A DNA stretch of 64,000 nucleotides from Paraspadella gotoi (lineage: Eukaryota; Animalia; Chaetognatha). The translations under genes and the position numbers were made by a program. Below the pieces are notes generated by a model. It was given only the letters and a program-made list of their open reading frames with translations. It had not been told where the DNA came from and ran no database searches. Shown here one piece after another: positions 37,760-49,969 of this stretch. The stretch's first letter is position 1, and every line of letters starts with the position of its first letter. The stretch spans positions 14,221,515 through 14,285,514 of the forward strand of contig CM119264.1 of NCBI GenBank assembly GCA_051294375.1, given 5' to 3'.

Positions 37760-38301
37760 CCCCTCGAGATGTCGCGTTTTTGATGCAAGAAAATTTCTCG
37801 CAGCCTCACATTCACGAAAATGTCGTCGTTGTTGTTGTCCTTCGCTCGGATGCTATTTTGTTTTTCAGGCTCAGGATCAAGAGGAAGAGAAACGAAGGCC
37901 AATGGATGGCGCAGGAGAGAAAAAAATCCGTAATGACATCGAGAACGACGACCAAGGATTTTTTTTTAAACGCCATTTACCGAGGGTTTCCATGACAACG
38001 CGGTGGGGTTTTTTTTTCATCTAAAATTTAAAAAAAAAGAAAAAAGCGTAGGTTTTTTTAAACTGTTAGTACATTTTTTGCATGTTTTGAATGTTTCTCA
38101 TCCGTAACTACTATTCCTTGAGGTATTGCATATTAAAAAAAAAATTTAAATTAACCCAAGAATATAAACACAACAACTTTTATATTCTTTTATGACATCT
38201 GAACAGGAATAAAGTCTTAAAACAAATTTTCAAAAAAACCCTTCCGACTTCCGATTCTCTTTTAATCTCTCTTGTTGTTTTGCCACAGACCAAGCGGGCA
38301 A

Positions 38302-38384
38302 CCTCTCTGGCCTCAAAATGCCTCTCTGGCCTCAAAAGGTTTCTCTGGCCTCAAAATGCCTCTCTGGCCTCAAAAGGCCTCTCT
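38302..38384. repeat. 19-bp minisatellite, ~4 copies (CCTCTCTGGCCTCAAAATG/GG)
   Basis: Four tandem units seen directly, alternating AAAATG and AAAAGG endings. Confidence 0.9.
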
Positions 38385-38506
38385 CCTTTTTCCTCATCGA
38401 CTCGACTTAATTAGACGCGGAAATATTCGAAAGGTTCGGAGTTCGAAGGTCGCGACCTCTGAGGTCAAAACGCGGCGTCGCTTAAACCAGACAAACGGAG
38501 TTTGCA

Positions 38507-38542
<36 letters not shown>

Positions 38543-38719
38543 CAAACTATTTCAGTTGCTCTGGTTGTTTCCTTGGAAGAGAAGGCTGTTTCTTTCCCTC
38601 GTGGTCGTTTTAGTTTTGATGTTTGGTGTAACAAAATATTACGCTTTGTTCAAACCTAAATTGAGGGGTTCCCTCGTTTCCGAACTTCGTCCAGTAATCA
38701 CCAGTGTTCGTTGTCTTTA

Positions 38720-38753
<34 letters not shown>

Positions 38754-39224
38754 CGTCGACCTCATTACCGCTTTCATGTTTTCTCGTTTGAGTCTCCGCT
38801 GATGTCACCCTCGTCCCCAGTTGCGTCGACCTTGACGTTGTCTTTCTGGATGTCGTCATCGTCATTATTGTCGTCTTCGTCATCGTTATCATCATCATCA
38901 TCATCATCATCATCATGCGTCATCAACCATCTCATTATGCATCAACCATCACCATCAATATCCAATCATCATCATCATCATCATCATCTTCATCATCATC
39001 ATCAATCATAAATCATCATCATCATCATAATCATCCTCGTCATCATCATTCTCATCATCATCACCATCACCATCATCATCGGGGTCTTTTTAAGCCGAGT
39101 CCCGATCGTCATTAACTGAATGCGTCCACTCGGCGGCGAATGTCACGACGGTCGTCGTCGTTTGTCCCCGTCACTGTCAGTCCGGGTGTCGTTGAGGTCA
39201 AGCCGAAACCGGTCCCGCGCTATA

Positions 39225-39279
<55 letters not shown>

Positions 39280-39763
39280 AAGCCGTTTTTGTTGACCCTC
39301 GATCTTCAGTGTTTCAGTGGTTACAATATTTTTTTGTAGCGAAGAAATACACGTGTACTTATGTAAAAGCCGTAAATATTAAAATTTATTCTAGAAAGAA
39401 AATTTTGTTAAAAAACTAAATCTGTCCGTGTTCTAACCCATAAAAGATTTTAACAATAGTTTTCAGTCCAAACTTCTGAATATTCCACGAATAATATTGC
39501 CACCCAGTTCCGTGTTGATCGCCACGAGTTGCCAGCTGAAGCCATCCAATGAGATAGATTACTATTCGTCGACATCATTCGCCATCCGCCGCCGCAGCGC
39601 CGTCGCCGCCGCCGCCGCCGCATCGACCGCCGCCGCCATTTTGATCGGATCCAGATTTCCATTTCTGCTTCCATTTCTTCATTTCACATTTCTCCACGAA
39701 ATGGCTTCTCACAAGATCCTCTTCTAAACCACATTTTGTTCTTTTTTTTATTTCGAGGACGAT

Positions 39764-39795
<32 letters not shown>

Positions 39796-39833
39796 CGACG
39801 ACGACGACAACGACGACGAGGACGACGAGGACG
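38507..39833. repeat. Cluster of trinucleotide microsatellites: (GTC)n, (CAT)n, (GCC)n, (GAC)n
   Basis: (GTC)n at ~38507-38542, 38722-38752, 39225-39275; (CAT)n at ~38888-39080; (GCC)n ~39588-39637; (GAC)n ~39758-39833. Confidence 0.9.
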
Positions 39834-39908
39834 TCGAGGGGGAAGAAGACGACCGAGACGTCGAAGACAGTTATCCTTTGTTCGAAAAACTCGGATCGTT
39901 CTTTTTTG

Positions 39909-40038
<130 letters not shown>

Positions 40039-41748
40039 CTCAGATGAATAAAAGTAAGAAGAAAATCGTTTTTTCATTTCCGATTTAGTCTTTGAAGAAA
40101 GATAAAGATAATGGTGACGCGTTGAGAAAAAAGGAAAGAAAGAGAAAGGAAAAAAGAAAAGAGTGAAGAGAGAGAAACAGAAAGGGAGGGAGAAAGAGAT
40201 AAAGAACAGACAGAGGGAGACAGAGAGAATCAGAGAGAGACAAAGAGAGAGAGAGAGCATCTGCTTCTTCTTCTCTTCAAATATTCCAAAAATTCTTTTA
40301 AATTTTGAAGAATATAATAGAAAAATATGAAATAGATTTGATTTTATTTTCCCTCTGCTTTTAAAATTTAATTCTTCATTCCCTCCGAAATTCCTATTTT
40401 CAGAAATTTTTATTTTAATCTTTCAATCTCTGCTTTCTTCCTCACCTCCAATTCCCTATCTCAATCTTATATCCGGAAATTCAAAAAAAAAAAAAAAAAA
40501 AAANNNNNNNNNNNNNNNNNNNNNNNNNNNNNNNNNNNNNNNNNNNNNNNNNNNNNNNNNNNNNNNNNNNNNNNNNNNNNNNNNNNNNNNNNNNNNNNNN
40601 NNNNNNNNNNNNNNNNNNNNNNNNNNNNNNNNNNNNNNNNNNNNNNNNNNNNNNNNNNTCTCTCTCTCCTTCAGATTTTTTTCCCCAGGCTCGTCGGCGC
40701 TTGATGTTCCTCGTCGTTGGCATTTCGGATTTTGACAAACGAGCCTTTGTCGTGAAAAACTTCACGTGAAAAATGTGATGGGAAAAGTTTGAGACGCTTT
40801 CAGTTTTCCTTCTCTCTATTTTCTCGCTTCTTCGTCTCTCTTTCTCTTTCTCTTTTTCTCCTTAGCTTTTCTCCCGAAATTACTTCTTCTACAACAATTT
40901 TTTGTCTTTTTTTATCCGGTGTCTTTTTTAAGATTCGTTTTTAAAATTAGGAATATGTCTGAAAAACATTTTTTTTACTACACAAGAACAAAATATTTAA
41001 GAAAAATTGAAATGAGATGAAATGTATAAAATTGTATATACTAATCCAAATAAAGCTCTCCTTTTTTCCCTTCCCCCCCTCTNNNNNNNNNNNNNNNNNN
41101 NNNNNNNNNNNNNNNNNNNNNNNNNNNNNNNNNNNNNNNNNNNNNNNNNNNNNNNNNNNNNNNNNNNNNNNNNNNNNNNNNNNNNNNNNNNNNNNNNNNN
41201 NNNNNNNNNNNNNNNNNNNNNNNNNNNNNNNNNNNNNNNNNNNNNNNNNNNNNNNNNNNNNNATTATTTTTTTTCTCTCATTTTTTTATATCGAAAAAAG
41301 AGAATTTCTTCATTATGACGGGCGCCCAAGGGACGCGGAACGGGTGGGTGATTTTCGGGTGGGGTCGAGGACCGAGGAAGGAGAGGAAGCGAGACGGCGG
41401 ATGAAAGTTCAGTTGCGGTCTCGAGCCTGTGGCCTGTGGAGGTGTGGGGCTGTGGCCTGCGTATCCGTGGCGCACCGGGGTTTTGAGCTCTTGAGGTTTC
41501 GCCTGTCGATGAGAAGGAGAACAGAGCGGTTTTTTTTTTGTTTTTTTTTTTCGAGCCAGTGGCTGACGTCGAGAGGATCGATGGGAGGAAGGAAGGGTGA
41601 AGACTGAGGAAAGGATGTTGGCTTTAAAAAGGAAAGTGGGAAATGATGGAATGAGCGAATGGGGATCGAAAGGGAAGTGGGGAAAATGATTTTAGAGAAT
41701 GCCGTGGATAGAAACAATGGAGAGACGATGGATGAGTGAAAATGGAAA

Positions 41749-41860
<112 letters not shown>

Positions 41861-42889
41861 AAACGGAGAAAGATCTTCCCCGCGAAGAGATAATGGTGTT
41901 TGGAAGACTTTTTCGTCAAAAGCGGCGACCGAGGCGCAAGTCTTTGGATCGATTTTTACAAAGAGGAGGCAAGTCGGCGGCAGCGGCGACGGCGACTGCG
42001 CCGCGGCGTCGACCGCGGTGACTGCGGTGTCGATGGCGATATTGGCGTCAGAGTCCACTGCGGATTTTGAGTTGTTTTTGTTGTGGTTGTTGTTCTGTAC
42101 TCAGTTGCGGGAAAAAAAAACGCAATTACCGAAAGCCTCGGGTGAAAAAAAAAAGGATGGAATGAGTGGGCGGAAGGATGAGTGGAACTGGAGGGAAAGA
42201 GGAGGGGGGAGTTATGGAGGGAGAACGGCGTCGGAGAAGCTGGGTGGCGGGAGGAGCGGGGGGGGGGAAAGCAGGGAAGAAGCCAGGCAAGAAAATCAGG
42301 TATTTGGAGCCTAATGAGCCAAGACTTTGCGCTCGGAGACCACTCCAGCAGTTTTTTGAAAAACAATGCCTTCTTGAAGGGCTCTCCTCTTTCTTTCTCT
42401 TTCTCTTTCTCTTTCTCTCTTACTCTTTCTCTCTCTCTCTTTTNNNNNNNNNNNNNNNNNNNNNNNNNNNNNNNNNNNNNNNNNNNNNNNNNNNNNNNNN
42501 NNNNNNNNNNNNNNNNNNNNNNNNNNNNNNNNNNNNNNNNNNNNNNNNNNNNNNNNNNNNNNNNNNNNNNNNNNNNNNNNNNNNNNNNNNCTCTCTCTCT
42601 CTCTCTCTCCTTCTCTCTTTCTCTCTATTTTTTCTCTCTCTCTGGCTGATTTATTTTTCTTTTCAAGAAAAAAGACAAAAAAAGGCCTCTGAAATGTGCG
42701 AAACAAAAAGACAAAAAATAAGAAGCAACAAAGAAAATAGGAACGAAACAAAACGAACAAAAAATGCTAAATAAGAAAAAAAAAAGAAAGAAGACGCCAA
42801 AAACAGAGAGCGAAAAAAAACCCGCGACAAGAACAAAGAAAAGGAAAGAAAAAAAAAAATATTTCTTTTGTTGAGGAAGAAGGAATGAT

Positions 42890-43945
42890 TTTCCTCCTCT
42901 CCCCTCTCCCTCCTCCCCCTCTTTCCCCTCCTCCCCCTATTTCTTTCTCTTCCCTCTCTTTCCTCCCTTCTCTTCCTCTTTCCTCCTCCTCCGCTTCTTT
43001 CCTCCCTTCCACCACCCTCTTTCCTCCCCCTCCTCTCTTCTCATTCCGTTCTTTCCTCCCTCCTACTCCTTCTCTTCCTCCTCCCCATCTTTTCTTCCTC
43101 TTCCCCCTCTTTCCTCCTCCTCCTCTTTCCTCCCTCCTCCCTCTTTTTAAACTCGATCCCCCCTTCTTTCCTCCCTCCTTCCTCTTTCCTACCCCTGTTC
43201 CCTCCCTCCCCCCCTCTTTCCTCCTTCCTCCTCCTTCTTTCCCTCCCTCTCTTCCCTCTTTACTGCGCTCCTCCTCCTCTTCTTTCCTCCTCCCCCTCTT
43301 TCATACCCCGCTGTTCCTCCCTCCCTCCCCTCCATTTTCCTCCTTCCCTCCTCCTCCTCTAATTCTCCCCCCTCTTTCTCCTCTCCCTTTCCCCCCCCTC
43401 TTTCCCCTCCCCTCTTTCCTCCCTCAATCCTCCCGTCTAATCTCTCTCCTCTTTCCTCTACTCCTCCCGACCTGTTTCCTCCCCTTCCTCCCTCCTCTCC
43501 TCTAACTCCCTCTGTTCTCCTCCCTCTCTCCCTCTTCTCCCCTCCTTTTTCTCCCCTCTCCTTTTCCTCCCTCCTACCTCCTCCTTCTCCCCTTTCCCTC
43601 CCCTCGTTTCCTCGCTCTCTCCCTCTTTCCCTGCCCCCTCTTTCCTCCCTCCTACTTACTCTATCGTTCCCCTGTTTCCACTCCCTCTCCCCTCTTTCCT
43701 CCCACTCTTTCCTTCCTCCTCCTCCCTCTATCCCCCCTCTTTCTCCTCCCTCCTCCTCCTTTTTCCCTCCCCTCATTTCCCTCCCTCCTCCTCCCTTTCT
43801 CCCCCTCTTTCCTCCTCCTCCCCCTCTTCTTTCCTCCCTCCTCCTCCTCTATATCCTCCCCTCTCTTTCCTCCCTATTCTCCCTTTCCGTCTCCCCTATT
43901 TCTCTCCTCTACTCCGCCTTTCCTCCTCTCCTCCCTCCTTTACCC
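42890..43945. repeat. ~1-kb degenerate C/T low-complexity tract (CCTCTTTCCTCCCT-like units)
   Basis: Almost exclusively C and T on the + strand; source of Pro/Leu/Ser and Gly/Glu/Arg ORFs. Confidence 0.9.
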
Positions 43946-45729
43946 GCTCTTTCCTCCTTCGGTCCTCGTCCCCGCTTTTTTCCGCCGTGGAGGACAAGAG
44001 AGTAGGAAAGCGGGAAACGTCTTCTTCGATGCTCGAACAGAAGATGGATTAATGCCGCAAATTAGGGTGTAGCGTCTTCTTCTCTCTTCCTTCTCTTCTT
44101 CCTTTCCTTCGGCCGATGGGAATTGGGTTGGGGGGGTTTAGAAGTGGGAACCGGCAGTTGGCGGGGGATATTGGTAGAAATGGGGAAAATTGTTGTTGGG
44201 GAACTAGGGGAGGGGGGAGGGGACGATGGATGAGTGGAAAAGTGCTTAAGAGGGAATAAAGAGGGGCTAGTTTTCCTTCTTCAAAGGTCTGACTTGCTTA
44301 AAATTAATTTGATATTTTGTTTTTGTGGCCCGTTAAACCGCTCGATCGGAAATAAGGCAAACCTATATTTTGGAATCAGAAATCAGAAAGTTTGCGCTAC
44401 ATCTTGTTATTGGTCGAAAGTATGTCGTGTTCAAGGCACAAGGGAAATTAAAGAAATCTAAATTTAAAAAGCAACCAAGGAGGTAAATTTGTAAAGTTTC
44501 TAAATTTACTTTACACAAATATTTTTTTATATTCACTGCGCCATTGTCACCCCCAGCTTGTTTCACGATTTGTCTAAACAATTCCACGCGCTGATTTTTA
44601 TGTCACTTTTGTCACATATTTTCAATGATAAGAATTGCATCTTAATTGTTTTAAGAAACTATCCCCGGATTTTACACTTTTTATTTTTATGAGAGAACCC
44701 CATAAAGAAGGGGCTGTATTCTAGGCTCCTGAGGGACGAGCGAGGCAGAAATCAAAGAGAAGAAAAAAAAAAAAAGAGAGAGAGAGAGAAAAAAAAAGGA
44801 GAAACCCAAGCTGAAACGAATTGGGTGGACTGGAGGGAAGGAGGGANNNNNNNNNNNNNNNNNNNNNNNNNTCCCCTTTCCTCCCCCTCTTTCCTCCCTC
44901 CTTCCCCTCTTTCCTCCTTCGTCCCGCTTTTTTTCCGCCGTGGAGGAAAGAGAGTAGAAGCGGGAAACGTCTTCTTCGATGCCTCGAAACAGAAGATGGA
45001 TTAATCCGCAAATTAGGGTTGTAGCGTCTCTTCTCTCTTCTTCTCTTCTTCTCTTCCTTCGTCCGATAGGGAATTGGTTGGGGGGGTTAGAAGTGGGACC
45101 GGCAGTTGGCGGGGGATATTGGTAGAATGGGGAAAATTGTTGTATGGGGACTGGGGAGGGGGGAGGGACGATGGATGAGTGGAAAAGTGCTTAAGAGGGA
45201 ATAAGAGGCTAGTTTCTTCAAAGGTCTGAACTTGTTAAAATTAATTTGATATTTTGTTTTGCCCGTTAACCGCTCGAATCGGAAATAAGCAAAACCTATA
45301 TTTTGGAATCAGAATCAGAAGTTGCGTACATCTTGTTATTGGTGAAAAGTATGTCGTGTTCAAGCAAGGGAAATTTAAATCTAAATTTAAGCAACCAGGA
45401 GGTAAAATTTGTTAAGTTTCTAAATTACTTTACGAAAATATTTTTTTATATTCACGCGCTTGTCACCAAGCTTGTTCACGATTGTCTACATTCACGCGCG
45501 ATTATGTCAACTTTTGTCAACATATTTCAAATAAGAATTGCATCTTAATTGTTTTAAGAAAATAATCCCGGATTTTAACTTTTATTTTATGAGAGAACCC
45601 ATAAGATGGGGCTGTATTCTAGGCTCTGAGGGACGAGCGAGGAGACAAAAGGAAGAAAAAAAAAGAGAGAGAGAGAGAAAAAAAAAGGAGACCAAAAGCT
45701 GAAACGAATTGACTGGAGGAAAGGAGGAA
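43944..45729. repeat. Tandem duplication ~43944-44846 / ~44872-45729 across a 25-N gap (probable assembly artefact)
   Basis: Shared text such as ccgccgtggagga, cggcagttggcgggggatattggtaga and gggctgtattctaggctc in both copies. Confidence 0.9.
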
Positions 45730-47322
45730 AGAAAAGCGAGAAGAAGTCTGCGGAGGAAAGTTGAGTGACGCTTGGCATTTAAGAGGTTAGCGATTTGAAA
45801 GGATTTGGAGAGAAAAAAAATATTGCGTTGCGAAGAANNNNNNNNNNNNNNNNNNNNNNNNNNNNNNNNNNNNNNNNNNNNNNNNNNNNNNNNNNNNNNN
45901 NNNNNNNNNNNNNNNNNNNNNNNNNNNNNNNNNNNNNNNNNNNNNNNNNNNNNNNNNNNNNNNNNNNNNNNNNNNNNNNNNNNNNNNNNNNNNNNNNNNN
46001 NNNGAGAAGTCTTAAATCGATGGGTCGGCCGAAGCCAGAAAATCTGTCAAAAACAAGTGAAGCATTTCACTAAAGATACATAACAGTTAGATAAAAGATA
46101 TATCATACATACTACAGCGTTTTAAACGAATCTATAATAAAAATAACACCTGTTAAACTATAGCCTCGCAAATTTTTAAATATTTGAGGACTTCGTTAAT
46201 CCTAAACTAACGAAATCATATTTAACTAAGTAACAATAAAAAAAATAAAAATAGGCCTGCAAATTACTATTGCGAATCAAAGATCTTCAATCAGCCATTT
46301 TCGATTACAGCCACGCGACGACCCAGTGAGTCAGCGAGACAGCCCACCGGCCCCAGCCAACTAAGCCACAATCTCTCTCTAATCGCCAGGGAAAACGATG
46401 CCCCAGATGGGAAAATGGCCGTCTTGCCAATTACGGGCTGCGAAGGTGTGAGGGATTCATTTCGGTTTAAGACGATGGAAATGGCGGGAAAGATAAAGAG
46501 GAAGAGAGACTAGAGACGATTATTGTGACAAAGACCAATAAAGATTCTCTGAAAAATCTTCAGAGAAACCTGCGGCTCCTGAGTAAAAAAGTAAAATTGA
46601 CGCTGATGGCAACGATGCTTAGAAAAGCGATACTCTGCATAGAAATGTACTTGGCAATCTAAATTTAAACATTTCATCACGCATTATCAGAAAAAAAAGA
46701 AGCCAAATATAGCAAGCACTATGAGCTTTAGTTGATAGGGATGACGACGACGGCGACAACAACGTTTTCTCTCTGGCCGAGAACAAAGACGAGGACGACG
46801 ATAAAGACGACGACGACGACGGCGAAGACGACGATGACGAAGACGACGATGGCGAAGACGATGATGGCGAGGCATTTCGCCCGGTTGAGAAAAAAAATAA
46901 TTTGGGGAGGAAGAGGAGAAATAAAAAGGGGAGGAGAGGCGAGCGTTGAGGGGGGAGGGGAAGGAGGCGAAGAAAGAGGTTCCGGCGACCATGACATTTT
47001 TCCGTTAAGGATAACCGCTTCTCAGTTCTCAGGCTTCAATCTGCCGTCCTTCTCTTTTTCTTCAGCTCTTCCTCCTCCTCCTCCTCCTCTTCCTCCCACC
47101 CCCTAAAAAGGTCACGCGGTCTTCTCACGGCGTCTGTGCGCCACGAGGATTTCCCCGATTTCCGCCCCGCCTGCGAGAAGGTCAATGGAGTGGCATGCCG
47201 CGCGCCAAGGAGGGGGAGAGGGGAAACGAGAGAGAGAGAGCAGGAAAGAGAGAGAGGCAAGTGCTTGGATGGCGCGGAACGGGACATTTAAAGCCAGGCC
47301 TGTTACAGCTGGCATCATACAG

Positions 47323-47882
47323 TGTTAGCGGGCTCGCGAAGGTCATACCATTCTGATTTATTCTAGCGGCTCCAACAGAATTTCACTCCGCCGATCCAAG
47401 AGTCTTACTCATAAAAAAAGAGGGGAGAGAGAGAGGGAGAGAGAGAAGCATGGCCATTTGGCCAATCATAAGAAAAGGCGGATCTCAGAAAATAAGTGGG
47501 TATGTTGTGATTGTAAGATCTAGATCTGCAAGAGCACGCAGAGAGCAGTAGAGGGAGAGAGAGAAGAGTTAGAAGAAGAGAGAGAGAGAGAGAGAGCTCA
47601 CCTCACGAGAGCTTCCTATTGCTTCTTGTCATTCGCACAGCTCGAGTTGAAGAATTGATTAGAAATTAATTTTTTTTGGTTTCTTTCCTATAAACAAATA
47701 TACTAATAAATCTCACTACTATCAATTGACTTATAGTGAATCCCTCAGTAGAGCGAAGCGGAAATCATATGTTATCTGTCGATCTATTGGATTAGAGATT
47801 AGATAGATTGGATCGCTTTAGAATTTATTGGATCGGTAATTTGACTACGAAAACTTTTATTTTTTACAAATATCCCGTTACA
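47323..47882 (+). mobile_element. Possible LTR (~560 bp) of a degenerate LTR retrotransposon
   Basis: Starts TGTTAGCGGG, ends CCCGTTACA (imperfect inverted TG...CA termini); contains TATAAA (~47688) and AATAAA (47705); followed 6 nt later by TGGCG (PBS-like). No second LTR or TSD found. Confidence 0.35.
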
Positions 47883-48709
47883 CCGACATGGCGTTCATAC
47901 GGTCTCGTCGCCCGTCAGGCTATCAGAGCGCTACATCCGGCTTTCCGACGGCATTATTACCGCCAGAATTTACTTATCTGCGCGCGCATTAGCGCATCGG
48001 TCGAAACAACGTCAATGAGACCCGCACATGACAAAGCACGAACCGGTGGAGATTATACAACCGACCTTTACGCCGGAAGAGAGACAGCGAAGGCTGAAAT
48101 GAGAAGAGTGCACCGTGGTGACCAGATGGGTGAGTGGAGAGAGGTATGTGTCCGTAAGATTGAGACTGAGAAAGGCGCCAAGAGGCACGGACCGGGTAGC
48201 AACGATGAAGGAGAGGACGAGCGGATAGGGCAACGGATTGTAAAGAAGGGAACGGACCCGTCGAGCAGGACGAATAAGAAGACGAGGCGCGGAGAGGGAG
48301 AGGTAGGACAGAAGCGAAGGTGTCAATTGGAGGATCGAGACGTCGGAGTCGGAGCCAGGGGTAGACAAGCGGAATTGAAAAGATAGGACGGGATCCGACC
48401 TGTCGCCGAGTCTCACTGGCAACGATGGGAAGGAGGAAGGACGGACCCACGGGGGAGGCACCGCGGGAGAGGGCTAAGGCACGGATTAGGATAGGATAGG
48501 GAACGGAGTTGCCGGATGGGGGGGAGGGTCACATAAGTGAGGATTTGTATCTTGGTAGAGAGGATGGACTCCAGTGCGATGAGTCAATACGGTGGATTGC
48601 GAAGGAAGACGAGCCCACCTCCGAGTACGCAACGGGATGAAGAAGCAACGACGGGTACGTCAGCCATCCGGATTGAAGACGACGGGGTCCACGTGGCGTA
48701 TCCAGGAGC

Positions 48710-48897
48710 ATCCAGTCTACGCCTTTCGGCGGTCGGTTCGAGGCGTATAAGTAGTTTTCAGCAACTTGAAAGTATATACCCGACGAGTGGCGAACGGAAT
48801 TATGAAGACGACGACCCATCTCGGAGCGGCAAAAGGCGACGATAACAGAGAAAGCTGTGTGACGGAAGGGGAACAGTTGTCCTTGATTGTATTGTGA
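48710..48897 (+). pseudogene. Frameshifted fragment resembling BEL/Pao gag (DUF1759-like)
   Basis: Joining three frame segments gives IQSTPFGGRFEAYK / SFQQLESIYP / GIMKTTTHLGAAKGDD, which by eye resembles the P-F-x-G...F...F-E-S...K-x-x-x-L...G-x-A pattern of BEL/Pao gag. Needs two frameshifts; not verified by search. Confidence 0.3.
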
Positions 48898-49969
48898 CGC
48901 TCCTCTCACCCCGTTGATCCGATGTTTCGTGAGCGCGGTTGTTGCTGCTGGGGAGACAGAATCGCCCATGGTCAATCTTAAGAGTCCATCTTCTCCGCCG
49001 CGGCGTCTACTTTAGCGTCTGACTTCTTCTTCCGACTCCTTACATTTCAGGTCTCTCTCATCCATCATTCTCTTCTTCTAAGGTCTTTCGCATTCTTTTC
49101 TTACTTCTCTCTCTCCTGTTATCTCGGAGTTCCAACTTTTCCTATCCTTCCTCGGCCCATCGTTCGACTTGTGACCACACCAGAGCGAGAGGCAGTTTGA
49201 TGCCGGGGTTCGAGCCTGAGGGGCTGTTGATTATCCTACTGCGGTAAGACCCTCGTTAATTCCAGGGGGTTTAGAAGTTTGAGGCTTCCGTCTTGCCGGT
49301 AAGCCTCTCGAAGTGAGAATGGAAGGGAGAGAGAGAGAGAGAGAGAAGAGAGAGAGAAGAGAGAGAGAAGGGAGAGGGAGAGAGAGAGAGAGAGAGAGAG
49401 AGACAGAAAAAAGAGGTCGGGTGACCTCTCTGTTTCCAATGACATAGACGTTTTTTCTAATTCTCAGCCCTGACTGTTGAGAATGGCTTTAGCCTTTCGA
49501 ACATTTCAGGCTGTTAACTAGTAATTGCGTGTGTTTTGCGAATCAAAATTCTTTTTGTGTTTCCGGGATTTTAGTATATAAATAGACTTCTTTTAAAATA
49601 CCAAGAAAATGTCGGTGCGTATTTTTAGAAACCCGTAAACAGTGACACGGCATGTCTCTTTCGTTCACTAAATTCACTACATTCGGATCTAGAGATTTCA
49701 TCATCGTTTCTCATTTGGTTGGCACCTGGACGCCATTGCAATGCCGCGCCCCGAGTGCTAACCACGCAATGCCGCTCGCCGATTCCGCCGTCTTCGTTGC
49801 GACGTCGGATTGGACCAACAATTGCACGGTTTTCAAAGAGCAAAAACGACAATATGAGAGGGAGATAGTCGAATGACAATTTAATTGAAAAGATATCGTC
49901 GAGTCTGCTGAATGACCAATTAAAACTTTAAAATCCAAAGTGACTAACTTACTTATAATTGATTGAAAA

